This document shows positions 19,654 through 30,100 of a DNA stretch of 64,000 nucleotides, in pieces. The stretch covers positions 128,001 through 192,000 of IMG/VR virus record IMGVR_UViG_3300013947_000022; one strand, 5' to 3'. A program made the position numbers and the translations under genes. Every line of letters begins with the position of its first letter. Positions within the stretch are counted from its first letter, which is position 1. The stretch comes from a virus. Lineage: Duplodnaviria > Caudoviricetes. A model generated the notes under the pieces. The model was given only the letters and a program-made list of their open reading frames with translations, did not search any database and was not told the origin of the DNA.

Positions 19654-20423
19654 AAAAATAGCTTAAAAATTGAAGTCGATTTTTCCCTTATAATTCAAGC
19701 TAAAAATGCTGTTTTTGAGACCTTTATATAGAAGGTACAACCTAATTGAATATATAATATAATTTATTTAGTATGCCTGTACCTTCTATATAAGACCTTA
19801 AAAAAGTCCTCTAAAGCCTTATAAAATAAGGGAAAAATGCGATTCGAAAAATGAAGCGTTTTTGGCAGGTTTGTCAAATAATACCAAATTGGTTCTTGAC
19901 AGATATTTTTATCCTCCTTCGCTTGCGTGATTATTCGTTTCGAAAAAAATGTCACTTCGCTGCGCTTCGCTCCATTTTGTTTCTTAACGAAAATCCCGTC
20001 TGCGCTTGCTCTTTGTGACTAATTGCTCGTTATTCCTGATGCTTTGCCACTGGAAAATATCCTTCGCTGCGCTCGGACTTGTCCACTCCTGCTTTGCGCA
20101 AGCGCAAAGTTAGTCGTGTACTGCGCTCTTACGAGTATTTCCCAGTCATGCTTCGGAACACAGTTCCTCGCATGGTTCTTTGAAAAAAGAGAGAAATTTT
20201 TATGAATCTTTTTATTAATTTACTTGACAATGTAATTTTTTTGTGTTATTATTTGTATAGTAAATAATATGATATGACTAATGATATGGTTATGGAAACG
20301 CTGAGTGAAAGTGAAATGGTATAGTGAACTTAGAGTTTTAGGAGCGTTAGCGACGCTAAACTCTTTAGTTCACTCCTATTTCACGACTTTATATATTTGT
20401 ATTTGTATATTTGAGGTTTGTGT

Positions 20424-20711
20424 ATGGGTGCTATTAGAGATAAGTTGAATTCTATTGCTAAAAATGAAAGATTGTTTTCCTTAAATGAATTATACGATAA
20501 AGAAGGCTCTATGTCTTGGAACGAGTTCTTTTCTGAATTAACTCAAAAAGTTTCTGCTATGTCTGACGAAGAATTTGCTCTTTATATTTTTCAAGGCGAT
20601 ATAAAATCTGCTGAAAAACTTTTAAAGGAAATTGAAAGTTTTCATAAAATTCGTAAGGGTATTACTTCTGATTATGAGAAACTGAGCCATAGTAATATCG
20701 AGGAGAATTAA
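20424..20711 (+). CDS. hypothetical protein
   Basis: GAGGT SD. Confidence 0.55.
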   Translation: MGAIRDKLNSIAKNERLFSLNELYDKEGSMSWNEFFSELTQKVSAMSDEEFALYIFQGDIKSAEKLLKEIESFHKIRKGITSDYEKLSHSNIEEN

Positions 20712-20835
20712 ATGATTGAAAAAAATGATTGAAAAGAATAAAGTTTATGAAATAAACTATGTTAAAGGCGTTTACCTATTAAAAGATTTTTGTGACACCT
20801 TGAAGAAAAATAGAAAGGTTTAATAAGGTTTAATT

Positions 20836-21327
20836 ATGATTGTTGATGACATTGTTAATGGTAAGGTCGTTCCTTATGATGTAACTTCTGTTACGCTTAA
20901 TGTAAATGAAATCCCTGTTCCTGTTTTTATGTCTATTACAAATTCTATTAATTTATCAGATGATGAAAATTATTCTTATTTCGTCTATAGAAATCTTAGG
21001 GCTTATGATAAATGGGATTTAATTGATGAAAATGGTCAGAGACAGGAAGTTGATAATGATTTGGGTTGTTGGCTGAATGGTCTTATTAAGACTTATTTGA
21101 TGCTTTTCTTTAATTGGAATGTAACATATAAAATTCATGGTCAGGAAATTGCTGTCCTTGTTCATGGAGATAATCAGAATAGAGAATTTGATAATTATAA
21201 CTTTGATATTGAAAAGCTTGGCTTGAAGCCTTGTTATGATGAACATGGAAAGCTGTGTTCTATTATGGTTGAGTTTAATCTGTGCTTGGACAATACTATT
21301 GTTGAAAGTATGGAGAAGTACCAATGA
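20836..21327 (+). CDS. hypothetical protein
   Basis: 163 aa ORF. Confidence 0.65.
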   Translation: MIVDDIVNGKVVPYDVTSVTLNVNEIPVPVFMSITNSINLSDDENYSYFVYRNLRAYDKWDLIDENGQRQEVDNDLGCWLNGLIKTYLMLFFNWNVTYKIHGQEIAVLVHGDNQNREFDNYNFDIEKLGLKPCYDEHGKLCSIMVEFNLCLDNTIVESMEKYQ

Positions 21328-21578
21328 AGCAGAGCTTTAAAATTGATGAAGTTCTTGAGATTATCAAAAAGAATTTAAAAAACCTAAATAAACCAGAAGA
21401 TTCTCTTGATATGATGCAGGATATTCTCGATTTGCAAAGTATGAAAATGCTTATGAAAAATAATGAAAATATTTATTTTTCGGGTAATCTTTGGTGTATT
21501 GAGGTTGAATCTTTTGGCGAGATTAATAAATGGACTTTACCTAAGTGGATTGGAGATTTGTTGAATGATGAAGCGTAG
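21324..21578 (+). CDS. hypothetical protein (FKIDEV family)
   Basis: coupled start. Confidence 0.6.
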   Translation: MKQSFKIDEVLEIIKKNLKNLNKPEDSLDMMQDILDLQSMKMLMKNNENIYFSGNLWCIEVESFGEINKWTLPKWIGDLLNDEA

Positions 21579-22038
21579 ATTTAAAATTGATGAAGTCATT
21601 AATATGACTGACAATATCTATTATGTTACTGCTGATGATGTGAGAGATTTATGGGATTTGAAAGAAATTGGCTTTGAGAATGTCAGGTGGGTTAAGGATT
21701 TGTTTACAGAATTTGGTGGCTGCTGGATTGCTGAGAAAGATGATTATGAAATGTATGAAGCTGACTGTGACGATAGTAAGCATGGTGGAATGGTCGTTTG
21801 TCTGAGTGTGAGAGTTGGTAGAATGCTTAGTGAGTATTGCGAGAAAGAAAACAAGGTTGAAAATGCCAGAACTAAAAATAAGGTTGAAATTTTGATGTAT
21901 GATTTGCATGATAGTCTTAACAAGTGGAATGGAGATAATCAAAAAGGCGTGGAAAGAATTATTCTTGTGTTGGAAGATTTAGTTGATGTGTTTAGACAAA
22001 TTAGGGATAAGCAGATTGATGATGTTGAATTATATTGA
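21565..22038 (+). CDS. hypothetical protein (FKIDEV family)
   Basis: GGAG SD. Confidence 0.65.
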   Translation: MMKRRFKIDEVINMTDNIYYVTADDVRDLWDLKEIGFENVRWVKDLFTEFGGCWIAEKDDYEMYEADCDDSKHGGMVVCLSVRVGRMLSEYCEKENKVENARTKNKVEILMYDLHDSLNKWNGDNQKGVERIILVLEDLVDVFRQIRDKQIDDVELY

Positions 22039-22420
22039 TAATCCAATCTATTTTAAGATTGATAATGTATCTTTTTGGTGTGAAGATGTTGTAAACTCTT
22101 TTAAAGAAGTTGCTCTTGATAATGATAAAGATAGAGAGTTTGTTGAGTGTTGTAAGGACCTATTGGAAGAATGTATTTATCTAAATGAAAGTGTTTTTCT
22201 GAAAGATAAAACTATTAGAATTCGTAAAGTTAAATTCGATGATAATAATGGTAGTGAAGTTTGGATTGGTGAATGGGAAGAAATGTTGGATAGAATGCGT
22301 GATGGTATGGTTGGATATTATAGGTTCGGTGAGAGTGGGCAGAGAGTGTTGGAGGAAATGAGTTGTAAAGTAACTCCCTTTGCTTGTAAAGTAAAAATGG
22401 AAAAGGAAGAGAGGAGATAA
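22022..22420 (+). CDS. hypothetical protein (FKID family)
   Basis: overlapping ORF. Confidence 0.55.
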   Translation: MLNYIDNPIYFKIDNVSFWCEDVVNSFKEVALDNDKDREFVECCKDLLEECIYLNESVFLKDKTIRIRKVKFDDNNGSEVWIGEWEEMLDRMRDGMVGYYRFGESGQRVLEEMSCKVTPFACKVKMEKEERR

Positions 22421-22425
22421 ATAAG

Positions 22426-22713
22426 ATGATTTCTTTTTTTGAAATTTTAGACCCTATAAGTACCGCTTGTAATGATTTTGGCAATTTTCTCGAAATGAAG
22501 CGTGATTTAGAAGATTTGAGAAAGTTTGCTTGTATGGGATATGAGTGGGTAAGACTCGTTTATAATAGTGGAAATGAAAAAATGTGGGTGCTTGAAAAGC
22601 ATAAAAATGTGGATGGCATTGTAGATTTTGATAGTGAAAATTATATTGTAGTTGGGTATAGCTTAGGGAAATTGATTGACATTGTTGTGAAGGGTAAAGA
22701 TATGGGAGAATAA
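22426..22713 (+). CDS. hypothetical protein
   Basis: GAGGAG SD. Confidence 0.6.
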   Translation: MISFFEILDPISTACNDFGNFLEMKRDLEDLRKFACMGYEWVRLVYNSGNEKMWVLEKHKNVDGIVDFDSENYIVVGYSLGKLIDIVVKGKDMGE

Positions 22714-22765
22714 AAAGATATGAGGGGGGGATAAAAAGTAATAAAGAGCAAAGATTAAAAATCTG

Positions 22766-22824
22766 GAATGTTTTAGAATGTTTTAGAATGTTTTAGAATG
22801 TTTTAGAATGTTTTAGAATGTTTT
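22766..22824. repeat. 10-bp tandem repeat GAATGTTTTA, about 6 copies
   Basis: read directly from sequence. Confidence 0.95.
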
Positions 22825-23230
22825 GATACCTTTTGGAGAAATCTCAAGTCACTAAGGCTTTGGCTGTGTGAGGGTTAAGTGGGGAATTTTCCCTGTAATC
22901 TGGTCTTTTTTAAGGGAGGAGTGGAGCGCAATCCCACAAAAAGTTACTAAAAAAATTTTCCTTCTTTTCCATTTTTATCTTAATTCCCCACTTACCTCTT
23001 AAAAATCCCTCATTTTAAATTCACCATTCCCCACTACACGCAAAATTTCGCCCAATTTTCATCTTTTATCCCCCACTAAGGCATTCCCCACCAAAAATCG
23101 TAAACAAATTCATAAGTATCTCTTGACAACCTCTCTCCTATATATTATAATATGTATATCCTAAGAAGCAGGTTTATAAATCATTTTAAGTTTCCACCTA
23201 TGCTCACTTCGTTCGCGTAGGGGGATGGGA

Positions 23231-23277
23231 ATAGTCTGCACATAGTCTGCACATAGTCTGCACATAGTCTACACATA
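23231..23277. repeat. 11-bp tandem repeat ATAGTCTGCAC, about 4 copies
   Basis: read directly from sequence. Confidence 0.9.
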
Positions 23278-23321
23278 GGATATACATTATAATATTATAA
23301 TATATGGAGGTGCAAAACAAA

Positions 23322-23678
23322 ATGCCAGTAAATCCGATTCGTATATCTTCACACGCAAAGATGAGATTTGATGGACGTTTATCAATAACACGCAAAGCAG
23401 ATTTTTTAACCTTAACGAAGTCAGCGAGATTCAAGGGGCTACCTATCCATACTCTAACTCTATCCAATTACAACACCCGTTATAAATCTAAGTTTAATCT
23501 AACCTATCCAGAGTTTTTAGCATTAAAGAACAGGGTATATTTCAAATCCAATGCAACGAAAGCATATTATTATAAAGGACACATTTTTATTTTTGAGGGA
23601 AAAAGTTCGAAGACCTTGACGACAGTATATCCTATTAATGTAAGTGGGTATGAGGGTTTAGAACAGCCTGAATTCTAA
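23322..23678 (+). CDS. basic hypothetical protein (SxHAxxR motif)
   Basis: GGAGGT SD before ATG 23322. Confidence 0.6.
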   Translation: MPVNPIRISSHAKMRFDGRLSITRKADFLTLTKSARFKGLPIHTLTLSNYNTRYKSKFNLTYPEFLALKNRVYFKSNATKAYYYKGHIFIFEGKSSKTLTTVYPINVSGYEGLEQPEF

Positions 23679-23805
23679 ACTGGATTAAAAAATTCTGAAT
23701 AAACTGGTTACGAAAGCGCAAACTCATACTTCAAGTACCAGAAGTTATATCAGAAGTTATACAAGGAAGTTATCTGAAAACTTATCTGAAAAGAGGGTTA
23801 TAAAA

Positions 23806-24099
23806 ATGGCACCTTTAGACATTGACCGTTATCAGTTGACAATGGATGGAGAGACTTTATTCAAAGGTGAGTTTTACAAAAATCTTTTCATAAACATTTA
23901 TAATCGTACTGGAAATGACCAGAATGTAAAGTTCATTGAGACAAGGAGATATTATATTCCTAAGAATCAATGGTTATTATTTTTGCATTTCATTGAAGAG
24001 TGTCCGCAGGGGATTGCTGTAGACAGCATAGAGAGTCTATTGAAATTACCTGATGGAACAAGGATTAAAGGATTTGAGATAAAAGCGATTTCATATTAA
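23806..24099 (+). CDS. hypothetical protein
   Basis: GAGG SD. Confidence 0.6.
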   Translation: MAPLDIDRYQLTMDGETLFKGEFYKNLFINIYNRTGNDQNVKFIETRRYYIPKNQWLLFLHFIEECPQGIAVDSIESLLKLPDGTRIKGFEIKAISY

Positions 24100-24177
24100 A
24101 TCCATATTAAATAAAGTTAAATAAAAATGGGATTAAATAAAGTTAAATTAAATTAAGAGGGAGTACATATATAATAT

Positions 24178-24591
24178 ATGCCGAACATATATAAGCAGAG
24201 GAACAAGCTAAATCAGCTTGCATTAAAGAAGCAGAAGGAATTTCCTATTCTAACCTGTATTAAGCCTATCAATGGTTATATTGAAGTAGGAGAGAGGGCT
24301 AACATTTATAATCTCTTTAGGGATAAAGGTTCAGAGGATATTTATACTACAGGTGGAGAAATTAAAGAGACTCTGTATCAAGTAATCAAAGAGAATCACA
24401 AAGCAGGAGATTCACAACCTTTTTTGACTGCGAGTGAAGTTAAGGAGCATTTTGATATTGCACCTATTATTGAAAAGGGAATGAGTATAGAAGATGCTCA
24501 GATAGTATTTCGAGTAGCTGACAATAGTAAGAATAATAGACCTATATTAACTAAGGAAGAATTTGTAAAAGCGCTTGACAATACAAATTAA
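24178..24591 (+). CDS. hypothetical protein
   Basis: 137 aa ORF. Confidence 0.6.
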   Translation: MPNIYKQRNKLNQLALKKQKEFPILTCIKPINGYIEVGERANIYNLFRDKGSEDIYTTGGEIKETLYQVIKENHKAGDSQPFLTASEVKEHFDIAPIIEKGMSIEDAQIVFRVADNSKNNRPILTKEEFVKALDNTN

Positions 24592-25164
24592 ATATGATAT
24601 AACAGGTTCATGCTGAAAGGTATGAGCCTATTTGTATTGCAAGAAAGGCTAAAATATTTTTAATATTTTTTATATTTTTTAAAAATAACACTTGACAAAA
24701 AGAAAATAATATGATATAATACCTATAGTGGGAGTAGAATAACTTCTGCTATAGGTTTTAAATTTAACCCCTTATTCACTCAAAAAAGGAGTAAGATTTT
24801 ATTTGGCAGGTCTTTTTTATCCTATAAATATATAGAGTTTTATTTTTCAAATAAAATTTCCATCTTTTTCTATGTTCTATAAAAAAAAAGAATATTTATA
24901 CATTCTTTATGTATGTTTATTCGTACCCTTCTGATAAACAGAATACCAAAAAGGGGTAAAATAAAAATAAAGTCCTTATTTTATAAGGGTTTAAAAGAGG
25001 TAGCCGTAAAGATAAGGGTAGAAAAAAGGGTTAAAATAAAAAGTGAATAAATATATGAATATAAAATAAATTAAAAAAAGAAGATTTAATATTATTATAT
25101 AGATAGTTATAGATACAGATGTAGTTTATACAGGTAGAGCCGATTTGGACAAAAAGTAGGAGAG

Positions 25165-26688
25165 GTGAATATGGAATATAAAACAAAAGAATTAAAAACA
25201 GTTAATTTTAAGCATAGGAAGAAAGAAGGAGAAAATCCGCCTGTATTAGTTTGTGATTCTATTTGTGGTTCAGGAAAAACTCAAGCCGCTATAGAATATA
25301 TTAATAATAGTCCTCCTTGGAATAAATTTTTATATGTTACTCCTTATTTAACAGAAATTGAAAGAATTAAAAAATCTTGTCCCAATGCTAATTTTTGTTC
25401 GCCTGATTTTAAATTAGGAAAAGGGTCTAAGATGACTGATATTCAAAGACTGTTTGATGAAGGAAGGAATATTGCGTGTACTCATGTATTATTTCAAATG
25501 TTTACACCAGAGAACTTTAAGATAGCAGAAGCATACGGATATATTCTTATAATGGACGAAGTTGCAGATGTGGTGGATAAATATAATTGCAATAAAAACG
25601 ACTTATATAATTTGCTAAATCCAGCGTTTGAATATGTTCAGATAGATAAAAATAATCAAATTGTTGCGAATAAAGAGTCTCCTTTATTTAAAGATGGTGT
25701 AAGCGCTGAAACCGCAAATAAATATAAAATACAGCCTAAAAAGCCAAGTAAAGAGATTAGTAAGGAAAGCGACAGAGAAAATCAATGGCTTGATATGTTA
25801 TATCGAACGTATTGTGGTTGTCTTTATTTAAGTGGAACTACGGCTGAAAAATTAAAAGAATTTTATGATAATGGCGGAAGACCAGATGAAATTAATGTAA
25901 ATATTATTATGTGGACTTTCCCTGTATCTATTTTTAAAGCTTTTGAAAAAGTGTTCATTTTAACTTATATGTTTGATGGACAGTATCAGGCTAACTATTA
26001 CAAATACTTTGATGTTAAATATTATTTTTTACGAACAGAGAAATTAAGCGAAAGAGATTTAGAAACTGGTGCGCCAAGATACCAATTTAAAGATGAAATT
26101 TTTGTAACTCCTGATTTAAGTTTTCCATCCGAGTTGAAAGAATTAATTCAAATAGAACAAGATGAAAAATTAAATCAAATAGGAAGTTTTTATCGCAGCA
26201 ATGAATCGAAAAAATATCTTGAATCTGCTCTTTGTTCAACATGGTATGATACTTTTGTATTAAATTCAAATAGTGATGCCGTGAAAAAATTAAGTAACAA
26301 TACTTATAATTTCTTCCACAATAAATGCAAATGCAGTTCATCGTCTGATATAATTTGGACCACCTTTAAAGTTTATAAAAATATGATTAAACAAAAGCCC
26401 TTTTCAAAAGAATCTTGTTTTGTGGCTTGTACAGCAAGAGCTACAAATGAGTATAGGGATAGACATAAATGTGCATATTTAATTAATATCTATATGGACC
26501 CATTTATAAGAAACTTTTTTACAAATAGGGGAATTAATCCTGACCAAGACTTGTTTGCTCTATCAGAATTGATTCAATGGTTATTCCGTTCGGCAATACG
26601 CCAAGGGGAGCCAATTAAGTTGTATATTCCATCACAGAGAATGAGAGAACTTCTTGAAGATTGGCTTGATGGAAACTACAAATATTAA
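25165..26688 (+). CDS. SF2 (DEAD/DEAH-like) helicase-family protein
   Basis: Walker A CGSGKT, motif Ia YVTPYL, Walker B ILIMDE, C-terminal QWLFRSAIR. Confidence 0.75.
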   Translation: MNMEYKTKELKTVNFKHRKKEGENPPVLVCDSICGSGKTQAAIEYINNSPPWNKFLYVTPYLTEIERIKKSCPNANFCSPDFKLGKGSKMTDIQRLFDEGRNIACTHVLFQMFTPENFKIAEAYGYILIMDEVADVVDKYNCNKNDLYNLLNPAFEYVQIDKNNQIVANKESPLFKDGVSAETANKYKIQPKKPSKEISKESDRENQWLDMLYRTYCGCLYLSGTTAEKLKEFYDNGGRPDEINVNIIMWTFPVSIFKAFEKVFILTYMFDGQYQANYYKYFDVKYYFLRTEKLSERDLETGAPRYQFKDEIFVTPDLSFPSELKELIQIEQDEKLNQIGSFYRSNESKKYLESALCSTWYDTFVLNSNSDAVKKLSNNTYNFFHNKCKCSSSSDIIWTTFKVYKNMIKQKPFSKESCFVACTARATNEYRDRHKCAYLINIYMDPFIRNFFTNRGINPDQDLFALSELIQWLFRSAIRQGEPIKLYIPSQRMRELLEDWLDGNYKY

Positions 26689-26711
26689 AAATTAAAATGA
26701 GGTAGACTAAA

Positions 26712-27122
26712 ATGCCAAGAGGAAGACCAAGGAAGAAAGTAACAGAACCGTTTAAATTAGTCGATGAGCCAAAGGTTCAAAATGAGACTTTAGAAAATGC
26801 TAATGACACTTTGGATGACACTTTGGAGGATAAGCCTGAAAATAAAATGAGCTCAAATAATATTGAGCCTACAGAACAGACAGAGAAAGGCAGAAAGCCC
26901 AGTTCAAAGAAATATCCAATCTGTACTCGATGTGGCAAAGATATTGTAAGCACAAATCCATTTAGAGTTAATTTAGCTTATCTTACTTCTGTAGCTTCAT
27001 ATCATAGAGAGGTTGAGAATGATGTACCTACTCTATGTAATGAATGTGCTAAAGGATTAAGTGATGTTGTAGACAAATATTTGATTAATGGTGGAGCTAA
27101 ATGTAAGTTCAATAAAGAATGA
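26712..27122 (+). CDS. AT-hook and zinc-finger protein
   Basis: PRGRPRK; CTRC and CNEC. Confidence 0.6.
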   Translation: MPRGRPRKKVTEPFKLVDEPKVQNETLENANDTLDDTLEDKPENKMSSNNIEPTEQTEKGRKPSSKKYPICTRCGKDIVSTNPFRVNLAYLTSVASYHREVENDVPTLCNECAKGLSDVVDKYLINGGAKCKFNKE

Positions 27123-27435
27123 ATGAAAATGTCATTCTGTATCACTATGTATCATTCTGTGTGTTCCACTGACACAATAGTTCAAATCTTCAAAAAAGTC
27201 CATCAGAACCTTTATCTATATCATTATAAAATCGCTCAAAATAACGTCCTAATGGCTTGGGAGTATAAACATACTGCTGAGATTTGGAAGCGAAATTTGA
27301 GCGTTTAAATAAGTAATAATACTATGCTTCTGAGTATAATTTTAAATGTGAAATAAATACGAAGAAAATACGAAATAAATCTAAATAAATAGAAACAACC
27401 TAAAATAAATTAAAATAAATTGAGGAGAAAATATT

Positions 27436-27738
27436 ATGGCTTCTTTCTTTGAATCCGCTGTGAACATGGTACGAGATGACAAACGTGCTTATTGGTATTC
27501 TAACTATCCTCCCGAAGTTCGTAAGATGGAAAGATTCTTGAAAGACTATCCTGATGATGTTAAGATTGAAAATGATTATCGTCATGAAACAGGTGAAGCT
27601 TATGGCCTTACTGTGAGTGTGCCTATGAAGTGGTACAAGACTCCAAGTGCGCCCAAGAAGAGAAACTTAACCGATGAACAGAGAGCAGCTATTTCTCAGA
27701 GAATGAGGAATAGTAGAAACAATAAAAATAAAAAGTAA
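27436..27738 (+). CDS. hypothetical protein
   Basis: GAGGAG SD. Confidence 0.7.
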   Translation: MASFFESAVNMVRDDKRAYWYSNYPPEVRKMERFLKDYPDDVKIENDYRHETGEAYGLTVSVPMKWYKTPSAPKKRNLTDEQRAAISQRMRNSRNNKNKK

Positions 27739-27807
27739 AATAATGTAAAGGTGTGGAGCTTTACAATTTATTTAAAATGTGAGCCTGTTTTAATCTTTAG
27801 GCTCAGA

Positions 27808-27860
27808 CATAAAAGTACCTCTTGAAGATACCAGACGGGTCTTCTTGGGGTACTTTTTAT
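27808..27860. terminator. bidirectional terminator at end of + block
   Basis: aaaagtacc...ggtactttt long IR flanked by A/T tracts. Confidence 0.6.
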
Positions 27861-28304
27861 TTATGTTAAATGAGTTTTGAAAAGATTATGATGGGTATAG
27901 AAATGAATTTGGGATAAAATGAATTTAAGATAAATGAAAAGTATGTAAATTTGGGCAAGGTAGGGTTAAAAGAATGAAAGTATACAGGGGACGTGGATTT
28001 AAAAAATTGGGGCGTTATTAAAAGAAATAAAAAGTGGGCCGCGAGATTTAAAAAAGAGGGCTTTAAGGGGTGAAAAAAAGGGCGGGTCCGTTAGAATAAA
28101 AAAATCTCCCCGCAAGAAGGAATTAAAAAGGGGGGCGCAAATCAGAATCTCCCCTCGGTAAGCCGCCTACTAATAGAACCCCGTTAGAGGAAAGAAGCGC
28201 AAGTTTTCGGCTTCTTTTAGTTTGTAGCTGTAATACGCCCACCCACTACCAACCCATTGTATTACAACTTAAGGGAAAGGAAATGTGCTAAAGCTAAGTC
28301 AGAT

Positions 28305-28601
28305 TCAAGGGATTCTGCAAAGTTGATAGCAAAGTTGATGATGCTCTTTAGAATTAAACCAATCCTCAACACTCTCATATTCCTGAGAAATGATTGGAGG
28401 AAGATTAGCTCTCTCTTGAGCCCACTTTTGCTTACGCTGTTTCTTTTCACGTTTGATTTCTTTCTCACAATGGATGATAAAAGCAATCATAAACGCGAGA
28501 ATGGACAAACTGACGGGGTTCAGAAAACCATCAACAAAACCAGCCTGAATGGCTCCTGTCCACCAGAAAACCCAAACCAACGAGAATGCAAACATTGCCA
28601 T
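28305..28601 (-). CDS. membrane protein
   Basis: AGGAG SD, two TM segments. Confidence 0.6.
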   Translation of the reverse strand: MAMFAFSLVWVFWWTGAIQAGFVDGFLNPVSLSILAFMIAFIIHCEKEIKREKKQRKQKWAQERANLPPIISQEYESVEDWFNSKEHHQLCYQLCRIP

Positions 28602-28625
28602 AGGTTATTTCTCCTTTTTTTAGAA

Positions 28626-28703
28626 TCAGTCTTCCCTATTCAGGAAGTAGTACAGCATTAAATATGCAGTACCCAAAACGATAATAACGCCTTCTACTGT
28701 GAT
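28626..28703 (-). CDS. 25-aa hydrophobic peptide, probable ATC start
   Basis: GAAAGGAGGTGA SD then ATC; ITVEGVIIVLGTAYLMLYYFLNRED. Confidence 0.45.
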   Translation of the reverse strand: MTVEGVIIVLGTAYLMLYYFLNRED

Positions 28704-28735
28704 AAAATCACCTCCTTTCGATGAAAATATGGGTT

Positions 28736-28903
28736 TTAGTGAAGTTTGCTATAGATAAGACTTTGAGTATCAAGAATGATACCCTCGTCCATATCACGAA
28801 TTTCAACGATGGAATCACGAGAATCTTCAATCTCTAAGATTTCATCAAGCTCAAAATCAGAGACGACCTTAGAACTTCCATCGAAAAATGTAACCCAATA
28901 CAT
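28736..28903 (-). CDS. small hypothetical protein
   Basis: GGAGG SD. Confidence 0.6.
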   Translation of the reverse strand: MYWVTFFDGSSKVVSDFELDEILEIEDSRDSIVEIRDMDEGIILDTQSLIYSKLH

Positions 28904-28905
28904 AA

Positions 28906-29250
28906 TTAAACCTCCTCTGTATTTTCGTTAATGGTTTTAATTTGGGGATTCTTTTTATTTCTGGTAGCACGATGAATTACCTTGTAATCCATAGTATAGC
29001 AGAAAGGAGTAACGCCGTCAACATCATATTCAATTTTCACCTTAACCCATTCAGGGTGTAAAAGCTTAGATAGAACAGCATCAACCTCCGATTTCTTAAA
29101 GAAATAGCGTTCATCGTCTACGCGACGACAGCTTCGCTTTTGGTTAAAATGCTCAACAGCTTCTGCCAAAATAGAATTTAAGGCTTCAGTAATGATGGCA
29201 TTATTTTGCTCTGTGAGTGAAGGTGTAGTAAAGTCGATAGTGGTGTTCAT
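28906..29250 (-). CDS. hypothetical protein
   Basis: GGAGG SD. Confidence 0.65.
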   Translation of the reverse strand: MNTTIDFTTPSLTEQNNAIITEALNSILAEAVEHFNQKRSCRRVDDERYFFKKSEVDAVLSKLLHPEWVKVKIEYDVDGVTPFCYTMDYKVIHRATRNKKNPQIKTINENTEEV

Positions 29251-29252
29251 GG

Positions 29253-29519
29253 TTAAACCTCCTTGTTGTTTGTATTGTATACATTGTATTTACTGTTCTC
29301 AAACCATCTCTTAGCATCATTAAAAGTAATATTGCTTAAGAAATGTTCAAGGAAATCCCAGCGAGAAATTCCACGTTCTTCATTGTGTTCGATTTTCTTG
29401 AGCAAAACCCAATGAGGAAGAGGATATTTTTCTTTAGCGAGAGCATATTCATCAGTAGGGTGATAATACACAGGGTATTTCTCCGCACTGAATTTGTTTG
29501 AGCGAATCCATTTAGTCAT
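29253..29519 (-). CDS. hypothetical protein
   Basis: AAGGAGG SD. Confidence 0.65.
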   Translation of the reverse strand: MTKWIRSNKFSAEKYPVYYHPTDEYALAKEKYPLPHWVLLKKIEHNEERGISRWDFLEHFLSNITFNDAKRWFENSKYNVYNTNNKEV

Positions 29520-29538
29520 TTTGTTTTACCTCCTTTCT

Positions 29539-29820
29539 TTAATTGAAACAAGTACGGATAGCATCGCAAAGCTTGTAACGCTGTCCACGGATTTTGATAT
29601 AAGCTTCACCATTCATATTAGAATAAATACGAAGCTTGTGCTGACATTTAGGATTGTTTTTCTTACCAATCCAAGCACCTTCGGCACAGAAAAGGGAATC
29701 GTTGATGTCGTATTCGATTTTGTAGATTTCAAGACCACCAAGAGCGGAAATATAGGCGATAGGATTAAGATTGGACATATTCTGAGTGAAAAATTCCTTC
29801 TTAGACATGATGATAGACAT
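29539..29820 (-). CDS. hypothetical protein
   Basis: AAGGAG SD. Confidence 0.65.
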   Translation of the reverse strand: MSIIMSKKEFFTQNMSNLNPIAYISALGGLEIYKIEYDINDSLFCAEGAWIGKKNNPKCQHKLRIYSNMNGEAYIKIRGQRYKLCDAIRTCFN

Positions 29821-30022
29821 ATTAATTTTCTCCTTTCATAAGACCGCGAAGCAGATTATACATAAGTTCATTAGCTTCCTTATCAGTTTGAAGCATCACA
29901 GTAGCTTCTTCAAAGGTGTCTTCGTTGGTGATTTTGAGTGTAGCGCGACATTTGTTTTGGATGATGGTAATCATGACAAACTCCATTCTCCCCGTATAGC
30001 CGTTAGGACAGCTTTTGTTGTT

Positions 30023-30094
30023 TTAGTTGATGGAATGAATAAGGAACAAGAACAAAGTAAATTCCAAGACGAGAGTCCAACCTGTGAGAGTAAT
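30023..30094 (-). CDS. 23-aa hydrophobic peptide, probable ATT start
   Basis: AAGGAGGTGA SD then ATT; ITLTGWTLVLEFTLFLFLIHSIN. Confidence 0.4.
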   Translation of the reverse strand: MTLTGWTLVLEFTLFLFLIHSIN

Positions 30095-30100
30095 GTGTAA

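Noticed and set aside
22766-23277. CRISPR array
   Set aside because: Repeats are 10-11 bp head-to-tail with no spacers, and no cas genes are present.
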